Part shown: positions 20,762 through 30,767 of the stretch, in pieces | Layout of the letters: each line of letters begins with the position of its first letter | Numbering within the stretch: the first letter of the stretch is position 1 | Source of the DNA: a virus | Taxonomy: Duplodnaviria > Caudoviricetes | IMG/VR virus record: IMGVR_UViG_3300025390_000003 | Location: 64,252 to 128,251 of that record | Strand: one strand, 5' to 3' | DNA: 64,000 bases | Program-made: the position numbers and the translations under genes | The notes under the pieces: generated by a model | What the model saw: only the letters and a program-made list of their open reading frames with translations | What the model was told of the DNA's origin: nothing | Database searches by the model: none

Positions 20762-22015
20762 TTATGCGTTATATGGAATCTCTGATAAAAACTTTCTATC
20801 AGGCGATCCATAAGGAGTAAAGTATGCTTCGTAATGTTTTTGGAGATTTTCTGGAGATTCTAGCCAATATTTATCTGCTATTGCTCTGTGTTTTTTCACC
20901 AAGTCTGCATATCTCGTTTGATCTTTTAGTGCGTATTTTACTTGGTCTATAAACTCATCTCCCGTATCATATTTTAAAATCGCATCAGAATACGTACACA
21001 TATTCGGACAAATTACAGGAATACCAAGAGCACCACCTTCAATTAATTTTATGTTGCTTTTTGCAAAATTAAAGTTATTTTTTTGTAAAGCAGCAAAGCA
21101 AAGTTGTGTTCCAGAATTTGCCATTGCTTCCGGGAAATTAGGCAGGTCAACCCAAGGACTATGAATAATCTCACCACTATCTATAAATGGTTTCAATGGT
21201 AATGGATAAGAGCCATAGAACTGCCAAGTATATTCTTTTCTAGTTTTAATTACTGCTTGAACAATTGCCTCGAAATCATCCTTTTGGTTTACACGATTAA
21301 CAACATCAACATGAGTTCCTGATGCGAATATAGAAATTACAGGTTTCTTTTTATTCTTTTCAAATTTCTTTACCATGTCCCCCAAATTGTAATACCTATC
21401 AAACCACCATTTCAACAAGTAATTAGGAATAACGGTAACGTTTTTGTTGTTCGTTTTACTCTTGAAATAATCTGCCATGAAGTCACATGTCACAGTAATT
21501 TCCTCGCATAATTCGAGGATATCAACAATACTACCACGAATAGAAGGATCAACAAAAGCATCTCTATTTCTATTATACATTGGGATATCCTCATGGAATA
21601 CTATATCATCAATCTCGTAAATAAGTTTGAATCCATATTTCTGTGAATAAGATTTCAACATTTTTACAAACTCTTTTTGTATTGGAGTAGCTTGTCTTTG
21701 AAGTTTTACGGCTTTAACTCCAGTATAAAATCTTTCATCAAGAATCATTGTAGTAGATTCCATAATTACTGCTTTGTTGTATAGGTTCAACATTAAATTT
21801 GGAGCCATACAACGATACCAACTACAACCACCATAATCCGCCATATAATTTACTGCTCTTGGTAATCCTTGTCCTGGAATATCCATAGAGGGTGGTTGTG
21901 GTGCGGATTTCGTAGTTATTATATGATTTATGTGTGATGTTGAAGGAATATACGGAAGTCCTATTGGAGCACCTAACATATTATGCAATCCAGTATCTAC
22001 GGTAGAATGAGTCAT
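20762..22015 (-). CDS. GT-B fold glycosyltransferase (GT4-like)
   Basis: GCSWYR, IYEIDD, ITVT, VIPN, FNFAKSNIKLIEGGALGIPVI. Confidence 0.82.
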   Translation of the reverse strand: MTHSTVDTGLHNMLGAPIGLPYIPSTSHINHIITTKSAPQPPSMDIPGQGLPRAVNYMADYGGCSWYRCMAPNLMLNLYNKAVIMESTTMILDERFYTGVKAVKLQRQATPIQKEFVKMLKSYSQKYGFKLIYEIDDIVFHEDIPMYNRNRDAFVDPSIRGSIVDILELCEEITVTCDFMADYFKSKTNNKNVTVIPNYLLKWWFDRYYNLGDMVKKFEKNKKKPVISIFASGTHVDVVNRVNQKDDFEAIVQAVIKTRKEYTWQFYGSYPLPLKPFIDSGEIIHSPWVDLPNFPEAMANSGTQLCFAALQKNNFNFAKSNIKLIEGGALGIPVICPNMCTYSDAILKYDTGDEFIDQVKYALKDQTRYADLVKKHRAIADKYWLESPENLQKHYEAYFTPYGSPDRKFLSEIPYNA

Positions 22016-22041
22016 ATTATGTTTTATTTATAATTCTAAAT

Positions 22042-22244
22042 CTAAATTGCAACCTGATATTTTATATGATTTGAACTTTTATACCCCTTTAAAATGGTAT
22101 CAGTATATTCCCAATCAAAAATAGATGTAAACTTAGGAGTTTCTATTGTTGGTAAATCATATGTATCTTGAGTTAACTGCAATTTAACACCTTCGATATG
22201 CGATCTATAAATATGTGCATCCATTAGGAATCCAATCAATTTAC
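22042..22244 (-). pseudogene. thyA: 3' remnant of thymidylate synthase, cut at the IS left end
   Basis: KLIGFLMDAHIYRSH...QL...LP...IKYQVAI matches the ThyA C-terminus; the catalytic N-terminal part is absent. Confidence 0.8.
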
Positions 22245-22290
22245 ATTAGGGAGGTAAGAAAGCCCACTGATCTTTAGTCAGTGGGATGAA

Positions 22291-22686
22291 TTACCCCTGA
22301 TTTTCTATATAAGATTTAATAGTTTCAGGATTTGAATTACCTATTGAACATACAAAATATCCATCAGCCCATAATATTTCTTTCTTCCAATAGTATTTCT
22401 TAAGAATATCAGAATATAATCTCCACATTTTATTTGTAGTTTCTTGTTTTAAATGCCTTACTATTTGTGATATAGACAATGAAGGTTCATATGTAATCAT
22501 AAAATGTATATGATCTTTGTCTGTTTCATGTTGTATAATATGATATTTGGATTCTATTGTATTCAATATATTCTTTAATCCAATATCTAAAGTATTAATA
22601 TTAAAACATTTCCTTCTATATTTCGTAAAAAAAATTAAATGACATAATAATAACGATTTGCTTCGATTTTTTGTACAATATTGCAT
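22291..22686 (-). CDS. tnpA: Y1 HUH transposase
   Basis: HLIFFTKYRR, DHIHF (HUH), LWADGYF, YIENQG; ATG at 22686 preferred over the track start 22716. Confidence 0.93.
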   Translation of the reverse strand: MQYCTKNRSKSLLLCHLIFFTKYRRKCFNINTLDIGLKNILNTIESKYHIIQHETDKDHIHFMITYEPSLSISQIVRHLKQETTNKMWRLYSDILKKYYWKKEILWADGYFVCSIGNSNPETIKSYIENQG

Positions 22687-22700
22687 AAATATAATTATAC

Positions 22701-23960
22701 ATGATAGTGAAAGCATATAAGTTTAGACTTTATCCTACAGAAGAACAAAAGGTTCTTCTATCCAAACATTTTGGATGCGTAAGATTAACTTATAATTGGG
22801 CTTTAGATTATAAAACAAAACACTATAAAGAAACTAAAGAAAATATACATTGGAAGTTCCTTTCTTCATCTAAAGATTTTTTTAATTATAAAAATGAAAA
22901 TTCCTTCATAAAAGAAGTTAATAGCCAGTCTATAATATCCGCTATCGGAAATCTGGATAATGCGTATAAGAACTTCTTTGAAGGTAGAGCGGAATTTCCT
23001 AAACATAAAGAGAAACATAATAAACAATCCTTTCAAGTTCCTCAACATGGTAAAATTGACATCAAAAAGGGACTACTTTTAATACCAAAATTCAAAGGCG
23101 GTATTAAATGCATCTTCCATAGAGAAATTCCAAATGGAAAACACGGAACTTATACGGTTAGTAAAAATAGAGCAGGAGAATATCATGTATCAGTCATGAT
23201 ACATACTGATATTAAACCAAAAGATAAATTACCAATGAAAAATGCTATTGGTTTAGATTTTGGATTAAAAACTTTTATTACTACATCCAAAGGAGAATCT
23301 ATAAAATCTCCTTTGTTCTTTAAGAAATCAAAAAGAAAACTAAGAATCAAACAAAGACAACTTTCAAAAACAAAAAAACATGGTAAAAATAGAAACAAAA
23401 AAAGAATAAAAGTAGCTAGACTATATAACAAAATAACAAACCAAAGACAGGACTTCTTACATAAACTAAGTCACAAATTAATCAGTGATAATCAAATTGA
23501 TACTATTTGTATTGAGGACTTAAACATAGAAGCAATGAAAAAACTTTGGGGTAACAAGATCAGTGATCTATCATGGTATACTTTCACAACAATGTTAGCT
23601 TATAAAGCAGACTTGTATGGTAAAAATATCATTAAAATAGGTAGATTTGATCCTAGTAGTAAATTATGTTCTAAATGTGGACACATATACAGAAATCTTT
23701 CTTTAAAAGAAAGAACTTGGACATGTTCAAGTTGTCATACCACTCATAATAGAGACATTAATGCTGCTATAAATATAAGAGATTTTGGTATGAATAAATA
23801 CCAACTAAGTAGGGAACCTACTGATGTAATGCCTTTGGAGAAGAAAGCTCTGGCTAGAAGAAATCGAAAGAAATCTTCTAGTGAAACTGGATTCGATGAA
23901 TTAGGAAAAAAGAAGTTCTTTTTAGAACCGAAGCCCATCCGATCTTTAGTCGGTGGGTAG
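22701..23960 (+). CDS. tnpB: RNA-guided endonuclease TnpB
   Basis: AYKFRLYPT, RuvC residues IGLDFG / IEDL / RDINAA, Zn finger CSKCG...CSSC; 3' end overlaps the right end. Confidence 0.95.
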   Translation: MIVKAYKFRLYPTEEQKVLLSKHFGCVRLTYNWALDYKTKHYKETKENIHWKFLSSSKDFFNYKNENSFIKEVNSQSIISAIGNLDNAYKNFFEGRAEFPKHKEKHNKQSFQVPQHGKIDIKKGLLLIPKFKGGIKCIFHREIPNGKHGTYTVSKNRAGEYHVSVMIHTDIKPKDKLPMKNAIGLDFGLKTFITTSKGESIKSPLFFKKSKRKLRIKQRQLSKTKKHGKNRNKKRIKVARLYNKITNQRQDFLHKLSHKLISDNQIDTICIEDLNIEAMKKLWGNKISDLSWYTFTTMLAYKADLYGKNIIKIGRFDPSSKLCSKCGHIYRNLSLKERTWTCSSCHTTHNRDINAAINIRDFGMNKYQLSREPTDVMPLEKKALARRNRKKSSSETGFDELGKKKFFLEPKPIRSLVGG

Positions 23961-23992
23961 TTCACATCATTCACTTCTATTGTTTTCATATT

Positions 23993-25816
23993 TTATATTT
24001 CTTTTACTATATTCGAGAATCCATTACGTTTTTCTATACAAATTACATTATCTACTTTTCCTGATACTGCTTGTCCTCTGTGTGTTATTATATAAGATGA
24101 TTCTTCATAATCATCAACTCTATCTCGTAAAACATCCAATACTAATTCTATACCCTTTGAATCTAATGAAGAATCAATCAATTCATCATAAAAGGTATGA
24201 GAGAACATAACATCACCTTGCAATCTTCTTATATCCAAAAATGCAAACAAACAAGCAAGATCAATTCTTTTCCTTTCTCCTGCTGAAAAACTATAATATG
24301 ACTTCTTTTCTTTACGTTCGTCTATCATTTGTTCCTCAAAAAATTCATCAAACACACAAAAACATGGAGCTTCGAATTTTTGTAAATAATATTGTAGTCT
24401 CTGATTTAATATAGATAGTATTCTTTTTACTATATAACTTTTCACTCCATCTTCTGATACTACGAATTTAACACAATCAAGAATTGCTAGTTTTTTATCT
24501 ATCTCTATCAATTCTTCTTTTTGTTGTGCTAGAGTTTCTTCACTATCTATAACGGTTTGCTCTAATATAGAATTTGTTTCTTTATCTATTTTTAATTTAT
24601 CTGATTGATAATTCTTTATAGATTCTTCGTTATACTCTATTCTTGATTGTGTTTTTTCATTTGCATTACGAAGTTCTCTAATTCCATCTCGTTTTACTTT
24701 TATTGCATCAAGTTCCTTTTTAACGGATAATTTCTTTTCGTTTATAGGAACAAAACGCAATTCTTCTTCACTTTCAGATTTTCTTAATGTTGACAACTTA
24801 TCATACAATTCAGCTTTACACTTTTCCCTATGTTCATTATCTTCTTCTGCATAAGGGCGTTTACAAGTTGGACATCCAGCACCAACCTTTTCTATATCTC
24901 TAATCTGTCCATTTATTACCTTTATGTTTGCTTGTATTTCCGCAATTCCTTTTGATATTTCGAAGTATTTATCTACTAGTCGAATTGATGCTGCATTAAA
25001 GGCATCTTCTTTAGACTTCAATGTTTCCTCTATATTTTCAGGAATTTCTTTGAATGTTAATTTCAAATCTTTAATATTGGAAGTTGACATTGAAATTTTA
25101 TCATCAAGATCAGATAACCGCTTTTGTTTATTACTTTCGAATAACTCCAATTGTTGTTTATTGAGATTATAAGATTTCTCCAATACTTCCTTTTTTGTAA
25201 ATATCAATTCGTAACTTCTTCTTAGCTCATTATATTCATCTCTAGCTTTTAATAACATTACAGAAAACACTTCGAGGTTAAGTATATTTTCGATAAACTT
25301 TCTCTTCTCTACTTTTTCTTGTGCCATGAAAGGTTTAGTGTCGTTTATCGTCATGATTACTGAATTTTGAAAAACTTTACCTGTAGAGTTAAGAAGTTTT
25401 TGTATATATTCTGTAGTTTTAGCTATAGTAGATTTCGTTGCATCAATACTATATTCTTTCGTGGTTTCGTCAAATTTAAACAAAGAACATTTCGATGGAG
25501 CAATTTGTCTCGTCAATTTATATTTTATAGTTTCTGTTGTATCTTCAATAGAGAAGTATAATATAACTTCGCATTGTTTCTTGTTAATAGAATTTACAAT
25601 AAGGTCTTTGTTTAATTCTCTTATTGTAGTTCCAAAAAGTGCAAAATATGGTGCTTCTATTGCTACTGTTGATTTTCCTGCGCCATTTGCACCATCTTTA
25701 TCAAAATTCTTACCTGTTATTATATTAATTCCTGGCTGGAAATCTAATATAACTGGTGTATCTCCAATTGATAGGAAGTTACGAACTGAAATACTATTAA
25801 AAATTACTTTACGCAC
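23993..25816 (-). CDS. gp46: Recombination ATPase (Rad50/SbcC-like)
   Basis: NFLSIG, NGAGKS, CPTC Zn hook, FSAGE signature, YDELIDSSLD, ITH. Confidence 0.95.
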   Translation of the reverse strand: MRKVIFNSISVRNFLSIGDTPVILDFQPGINIITGKNFDKDGANGAGKSTVAIEAPYFALFGTTIRELNKDLIVNSINKKQCEVILYFSIEDTTETIKYKLTRQIAPSKCSLFKFDETTKEYSIDATKSTIAKTTEYIQKLLNSTGKVFQNSVIMTINDTKPFMAQEKVEKRKFIENILNLEVFSVMLLKARDEYNELRRSYELIFTKKEVLEKSYNLNKQQLELFESNKQKRLSDLDDKISMSTSNIKDLKLTFKEIPENIEETLKSKEDAFNAASIRLVDKYFEISKGIAEIQANIKVINGQIRDIEKVGAGCPTCKRPYAEEDNEHREKCKAELYDKLSTLRKSESEEELRFVPINEKKLSVKKELDAIKVKRDGIRELRNANEKTQSRIEYNEESIKNYQSDKLKIDKETNSILEQTVIDSEETLAQQKEELIEIDKKLAILDCVKFVVSEDGVKSYIVKRILSILNQRLQYYLQKFEAPCFCVFDEFFEEQMIDERKEKKSYYSFSAGERKRIDLACLFAFLDIRRLQGDVMFSHTFYDELIDSSLDSKGIELVLDVLRDRVDDYEESSYIITHRGQAVSGKVDNVICIEKRNGFSNIVKEI

Positions 25817-25822
25817 GTATAT

Positions 25823-25850
25823 ATTATACCAGATTTATTTTCATTTTCAA
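25823..25850 (-). promoter_or_regulatory. Sigma70-like promoter of gp46
   Basis: TTGAAA-N16-TATAAT, 6 nt before the GTG start. Confidence 0.65.
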
Positions 25851-25856
25851 CCAATA

Positions 25857-26546
25857 TTAATAATATGTTATCCAATTGTTTGATTGTTTGATTATTTCTA
25901 ACGGCAAAATATCTTTAATACCATGCACTGAAAATACTTCATTAGTTTTCAATCTCTCTCGAAGTTCTGGATGATGCTCTGGTCTAATTGGATCATGACT
26001 ATATCCATGTAAAGTAGATATATTTATATTTTCATACTCGCAAGTTGCAGCAATCCATCTATCGAGAAATCCCAATTCTGTTGGTGTGTATTTACTATCC
26101 GACAATTTTATCCACGTATCTTGTGTGGCTATCCAAGGAGAATGCCCAAAAAATGATGCATTAAACCTACTTTCATCATTTTTCCAAATTTCTCCCATAT
26201 ACATAGTTCCATCTAATATTTCTATATTAGTATTGGGGGTTAATAAGATTGTATCATATTCTATCAACACATTTATTCCAGAAAGTTTAGCAAGGGTATC
26301 TACAGAAAATTTCGTCCGTTTTATACAATCATCACCGTAAAGCTGAGAAACCCCACATGCGTATTCGGTATATTTTGGTAGATTTGGTGTTTCCATATTT
26401 TGTATGAATTCTATACCATTTACTGGATCATCCTCTGGACAAATCATATAAATATTATCAGTAAAAAATATCCAATTATAATAATGTCTGATTATAACAT
26501 CTCTCACCTTTCCATGTGCCATTACTACAATATTATCAAATTTCAT
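25857..26546 (-). CDS. Putative GT-A glycosyltransferase
   Basis: VLIEYD (DxD variant), LDRW, C-terminal SVHGIK; island context. Confidence 0.5.
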   Translation of the reverse strand: MKFDNIVVMAHGKVRDVIIRHYYNWIFFTDNIYMICPEDDPVNGIEFIQNMETPNLPKYTEYACGVSQLYGDDCIKRTKFSVDTLAKLSGINVLIEYDTILLTPNTNIEILDGTMYMGEIWKNDESRFNASFFGHSPWIATQDTWIKLSDSKYTPTELGFLDRWIAATCEYENINISTLHGYSHDPIRPEHHPELRERLKTNEVFSVHGIKDILPLEIIKQSNNWITYY

Positions 26547-26555
26547 ATTTATTAT

Positions 26556-27251
26556 TTAATCTGACATATCTACCGAATCCACTGTAATGTTATCATCTTT
26601 CACGTATAACCTATCATGAATAAACCAAGGTGTTTCTCCACCATATATCCATTTGTTCATACCATATCTAATTGCGATAACAGACATTGCCGTTTGGTCG
26701 TGTCTATGCCCCTTTACTCTTGTGTCTTTTGATGCCAATAACATATTGTTATTATGAGGACCAGGAAAGGTAATCCCATCATTTGCCAATTGCATCATAT
26801 CTCCAAAAAAATCATATATCACTTTATAATTAAAATTCAATCCGAAATTAGTCCCTTGCATACACGGCATAGTAAAAGATTCTTCTCGTGTGATGTTAAG
26901 TGTTTTTAATGCTTTATCATGACAATAACTACCCAAATCATGATTATACAGAAAGAAATACCCATCGGTGTTTATACGATTAAACGCATCATCAAGATTT
27001 TTTTTTATTATTACGCTGCTATCCAACCATAATATTCTTTTATATCCATTTTCTAATGCATCTCGTATACAATAATATTTAAACGCAAATGGAGATTCTT
27101 GATGTGTTGGACATCCTTTAGGGTATTCATTAAATCCTAAAAATGGGACACCCAAAGCTTCGCATTGTAATCTAAGTCGATCTACTCCCTTAATAAAGTT
27201 ATATCCAACACCAAAACTTACAACACAAGATTCGTTCATAAAACAATCCAA
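26556..27251 (-). CDS. GT-A-like nucleotide-sugar transferase (DUF1647-like)
   Basis: FAFKYY, ILWLDSS, HRHDQT motifs. Confidence 0.7.
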   Translation of the reverse strand: MDCFMNESCVVSFGVGYNFIKGVDRLRLQCEALGVPFLGFNEYPKGCPTHQESPFAFKYYCIRDALENGYKRILWLDSSVIIKKNLDDAFNRINTDGYFFLYNHDLGSYCHDKALKTLNITREESFTMPCMQGTNFGLNFNYKVIYDFFGDMMQLANDGITFPGPHNNNMLLASKDTRVKGHRHDQTAMSVIAIRYGMNKWIYGGETPWFIHDRLYVKDDNITVDSVDMSD

Positions 27252-27916
27252 TTTTTTTTAGAAATATTATATAAAAAATTATCATTATATAATCTCGCGT
27301 ATTTATGATAGTATAATTTTTTACTTTTTACTTCTATTGACTCTATTATATGTTTAAAACTAGAATCTATAACGTGTATTTCCGTCGCATTTTCAATGAT
27401 CTTTAAATAATCAAATATATTATTTGTAAATCTAATATCAGGAGTAACCACTTGAACATTTTGTGGTATATGGGTTTTATCTATATTAAAATTTCTTTGT
27501 GTATCTTCGTGTATAAAAATGTAATCCCCCTTTATTTCAAATTTGTCATATAATTCTTGTTCTCTTTTATTATCGCGCAATATATAAAAATCGCTCCATC
27601 GTTTATCAAAGTCCAATCCAACACTATGATAAAAAAATTTATCATAATTTTGAATACAATCTAGATATTGATGTCCTATAACGAGATGGGTTTCTTGTGG
27701 AACGTTTTTCAGTATGTTCTGTGCGTCTTTATCATCAGCTTTTACTATCGATAAATTATGTATATCCCTAAACATAAATCCCACACTTTCTACATTATGT
27801 GGTTTACAAAAAAGGTTTACTTTTTCTACCCTTTTACAAATATTTCTAATTAATCCATTACATATAATGTGATCCCCTAATCCCAAATGCTGATATACAT
27901 AAAGTTCTTTATTCAT
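27236..27916 (-). CDS. GT9-like (GT-B) glycosyltransferase
   Basis: HLGLGD N-terminus; HVIDSSFKH. Confidence 0.65.
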   Translation of the reverse strand: MNKELYVYQHLGLGDHIICNGLIRNICKRVEKVNLFCKPHNVESVGFMFRDIHNLSIVKADDKDAQNILKNVPQETHLVIGHQYLDCIQNYDKFFYHSVGLDFDKRWSDFYILRDNKREQELYDKFEIKGDYIFIHEDTQRNFNIDKTHIPQNVQVVTPDIRFTNNIFDYLKIIENATEIHVIDSSFKHIIESIEVKSKKLYYHKYARLYNDNFLYNISKKNWIVL

Positions 27917-27920
27917 ATTA

Positions 27921-28538
27921 CTAACGTAAAAATATATCTGAGTAATTATACACCCTCTCTACTGAGTTTCTCGTGAATATATAGTGCCAAGTATATTCAA
28001 ATATTCTACTAGTAGTAAAATTATCTAGATGAGTTTCTATTAAAAAATCCACCAAACTTTGATAAAATTCTATTGGATATTGTAATATTAAGCCTTTATC
28101 TACTACAAATTGCGCACATGAATAATAAGAAAAAATTGAAGGAAACGTAAGATATTTTTCAAACAGTCTCCAATTATCTTTGAGAAATGCTATATATATT
28201 TCACGATTCGCATTCATACTAATCTCTTTTTGATAAAAATCACGTTTATTTACCGAAAAAAATAAATCCGCATTCCAATTCACTTTTAATATAATATCAT
28301 CCATATTAAAGTCTTGATGATACGACATCCTATGATCATGTGAAAATAAAGTCTTATCTGGAAGATTATTATAATTATCTATGATATATCGCAAATAACA
28401 AAGAGATTCTTGTCCCTTGTTTGGTTCTATGAAATTATAATTTTTATTGGTTTTAGAATATATAAATTTTTTAATATTTATGTTATCCACCCAACCAATA
28501 TCGTGATCATAATGAGCGACTAATATTGCAGTATCCAT
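27921..28538 (-). CDS. DUF3431-family protein (GT-like)
   Basis: NKGQESLCYLRYIIDNYNNLPD, CAQFVV, FEYTWHYIF. Confidence 0.8.
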   Translation of the reverse strand: MDTAILVAHYDHDIGWVDNINIKKFIYSKTNKNYNFIEPNKGQESLCYLRYIIDNYNNLPDKTLFSHDHRMSYHQDFNMDDIILKVNWNADLFFSVNKRDFYQKEISMNANREIYIAFLKDNWRLFEKYLTFPSIFSYYSCAQFVVDKGLILQYPIEFYQSLVDFLIETHLDNFTTSRIFEYTWHYIFTRNSVERVYNYSDIFLR

Positions 28539-28542
28539 TATA

Positions 28543-29151
28543 TTAATTAATCTTTTCGTATACTAAATACCCATTTCTTTCATTTAAATTGTCATCTATA
28601 ATCCTATAAATCAATGGATGGTTTAATACCTCTTCTCTTATTTTTCTACACTTCAATTCTTTCGTATCATCTAAAGCGCAATACCGACTCCTATCTTTTA
28701 ATAAATTCCATTCCATATATGTAGAAAACTCTCCACCATCTAGAACCAAAAAATCTATTTTATCATGGACTTTATAATAAACATTAGGCAAATCTTTCAT
28801 CCAATTATAATCCTGTTGCAACCAACTTTTTTGGTCTGAAGATAAAATAGAAACATCAAACCAACTGCTTAACAGAGATTCATCCACCAATTTTCCGAAA
28901 ATAATATCAAAATTTGAATTTAAATTTTGTTTATTATTCTTGGTAGCCAAGATAAACATTTCAGGATTACATTCAAACGAACGAAAATTATAAACAACTT
29001 TATCTTTTAATCCTTCTAATATACATCTGGTAGTCCCCATACCATTCCAAGTTCCAACTTCTAATATATTATTTACATCAGAGATATTTGCAATATCTCT
29101 GATATGTTTACCTAAATTGGTAGTTTCAAAATTTATTTGTCCGTATTCCAT
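28543..29151 (-). CDS. Class I SAM-dependent methyltransferase (likely sugar O-methyltransferase)
   Basis: ILEVGTWNGMGT, LVLDGG, ALDD. Confidence 0.8.
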   Translation of the reverse strand: MEYGQINFETTNLGKHIRDIANISDVNNILEVGTWNGMGTTRCILEGLKDKVVYNFRSFECNPEMFILATKNNKQNLNSNFDIIFGKLVDESLLSSWFDVSILSSDQKSWLQQDYNWMKDLPNVYYKVHDKIDFLVLDGGEFSTYMEWNLLKDRSRYCALDDTKELKCRKIREEVLNHPLIYRIIDDNLNERNGYLVYEKIN

Positions 29152-29185
29152 ATTTTAATTTTATTTATATACATTAAAAATAAAA

Positions 29186-29941
29186 TCAACATCGTATAAT
29201 TTTATATACATCATCTTCCATTATCAAATCTATCATGTTTTTATTTTCTAAACTATTCCACCCCGTTTTTGGTAATGCGTTTATGATTGTTTCCGCATCA
29301 GATAAAAACCCCGCCCAAAAACTAAATGTTCCTTGGCTTAATATGAGTTTTTTATGGTGAGATAAAAAATCCAACGTTTTTTTGGAATTCATGGTTATTA
29401 CATTACATTTATAATTATCGGTTAATATTTTTATATATTCGTGATTAGGAGAATCAGTAGTGATATTGATAATATCATAATCCTTTATCGCATCTATAGC
29501 TTCAATATAGTAGGATATTGGAAGTAAATGTTGTCTACTATTATAATCCATCAAATCCCCCAATCTAATATGCATCCCTATATCATTATCATTAACAATA
29601 TATGGAGTTATATTACACCATTTTTTTATGTTACTTTTATATGGTATGTAATATTCTTTTTTTTGAAAATAATGATCCAATACAATACGTCTTGGTGTAT
29701 TATCATTAATAATATCACACAAATTAAAGTTACAATTATCTAAATATTGAATCGGAGTATTATAACATTGTAATGATTTATTACAATAATCTAAATGAAA
29801 TTCATCTAACAAAGTATGTTCATTTAAGTTTCTTAACTGAAACCCTAAACTTTGTGATATTATTTTACCCAAAAATAATGTAAACATTTGATTACCTAAC
29901 CTACCTATAGGATTAATTTTATTGTATATATCCACACTCAT
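29186..29941 (-). CDS. GT11 alpha-1,2-fucosyltransferase-like protein
   Basis: GRLGNQMF, YFQ, HIRLGD, GTFSFWAGFL. Confidence 0.88.
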   Translation of the reverse strand: MSVDIYNKINPIGRLGNQMFTLFLGKIISQSLGFQLRNLNEHTLLDEFHLDYCNKSLQCYNTPIQYLDNCNFNLCDIINDNTPRRIVLDHYFQKKEYYIPYKSNIKKWCNITPYIVNDNDIGMHIRLGDLMDYNSRQHLLPISYYIEAIDAIKDYDIINITTDSPNHEYIKILTDNYKCNVITMNSKKTLDFLSHHKKLILSQGTFSFWAGFLSDAETIINALPKTGWNSLENKNMIDLIMEDDVYKIIRC

Positions 29942-30765
29942 AACAAAACATCTCTTTGATTTATTATAACATTAATCCAATATGGCATAGTCAATTTTTC
30001 GATATTACTAAAACACTCTCCGTTCTTATATTTTTCTATCGTTTCTGTTATAGTAAATTCGTCTATATATTTCCAATCATCTATTTGTATAATAGGCAAA
30101 TCTTTAAATGTATCATACATAAAATGCCGTTCTACAATAGGTATCGACCCAAGATATAATGTTTCCCAAGTGCGATGGCAATCTATACCATTTCCTTTAG
30201 GTGATGCAACAAACAAAAACCTTTTAACTTCTTCACAATATTCTTTATATGTATTTTTTCTATCAAATATCCCGTTACCATTTTCAGTTAATATTTTAAT
30301 AACATCATATCTATTAATATTTGTAATAGGATTAAAATTACAATATATTTTATTTATAATTTTATTACTAATAGATAGAGGTTTTATATAATCTTTAATA
30401 AATTCGAAATCTGTATTTTGTCCTCTATTACATCCTTTATCATTTTCTATCCCTATAGGTAGAGGAACCAAATCTTTATGTTTATAGTTGACATTTTGTG
30501 CATACCATTTATATATACATTTTGGTTTGTTTATAAATTTAAATTCATTTATCTCATAATCACTACAATGTGATATTAATATATATTTATTATCGTTATT
30601 TTTTATTTTATCAAATAATTCGGGTATAAAATCCGTCTTACACCATATTATTGAACCATCTTTTAATACACTTAAATCATCAAACCTGTTAATATCTATA
30701 ATAACATCAGCAATAGTTTGAAACTTTATTCCACATATAAATTCTTCTTTAAAATTTTCTATCAT
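29938..30765 (-). CDS. Exostosin/GT47-like glycosyltransferase
   Basis: FVASPKGNGIDCHRTWETLYLGSIPIV. Confidence 0.82.
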   Translation of the reverse strand: MIENFKEEFICGIKFQTIADVIIDINRFDDLSVLKDGSIIWCKTDFIPELFDKIKNNDNKYILISHCSDYEINEFKFINKPKCIYKWYAQNVNYKHKDLVPLPIGIENDKGCNRGQNTDFEFIKDYIKPLSISNKIINKIYCNFNPITNINRYDVIKILTENGNGIFDRKNTYKEYCEEVKRFLFVASPKGNGIDCHRTWETLYLGSIPIVERHFMYDTFKDLPIIQIDDWKYIDEFTITETIEKYKNGECFSNIEKLTMPYWINVIINQRDVLL

Positions 30766-30767
30766 AT

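Larger units (their letters stand above)
22245..23965 (+). mobile_element. IS200/IS605-family element with divergent tnpA and tnpB
   Basis: TTAC| left junction, AAAG guide and hairpin CCCACTGA-TCTTTAG-TCAGTGGG (22263-22285); right end GAAG guide, matching hairpin (23934-23957) and TCAC| end, as in IS608 architecture. Confidence 0.93.

Noticed and set aside
22245-23965. IStron or group I intron restoring thyA
   Set aside because: No room for a ribozyme core, and the flanks do not join in frame.
23744-23989. 81-aa minus-strand ORF
   Set aside because: Chimera of an 8-codon phage gene start and antisense IS sequence.
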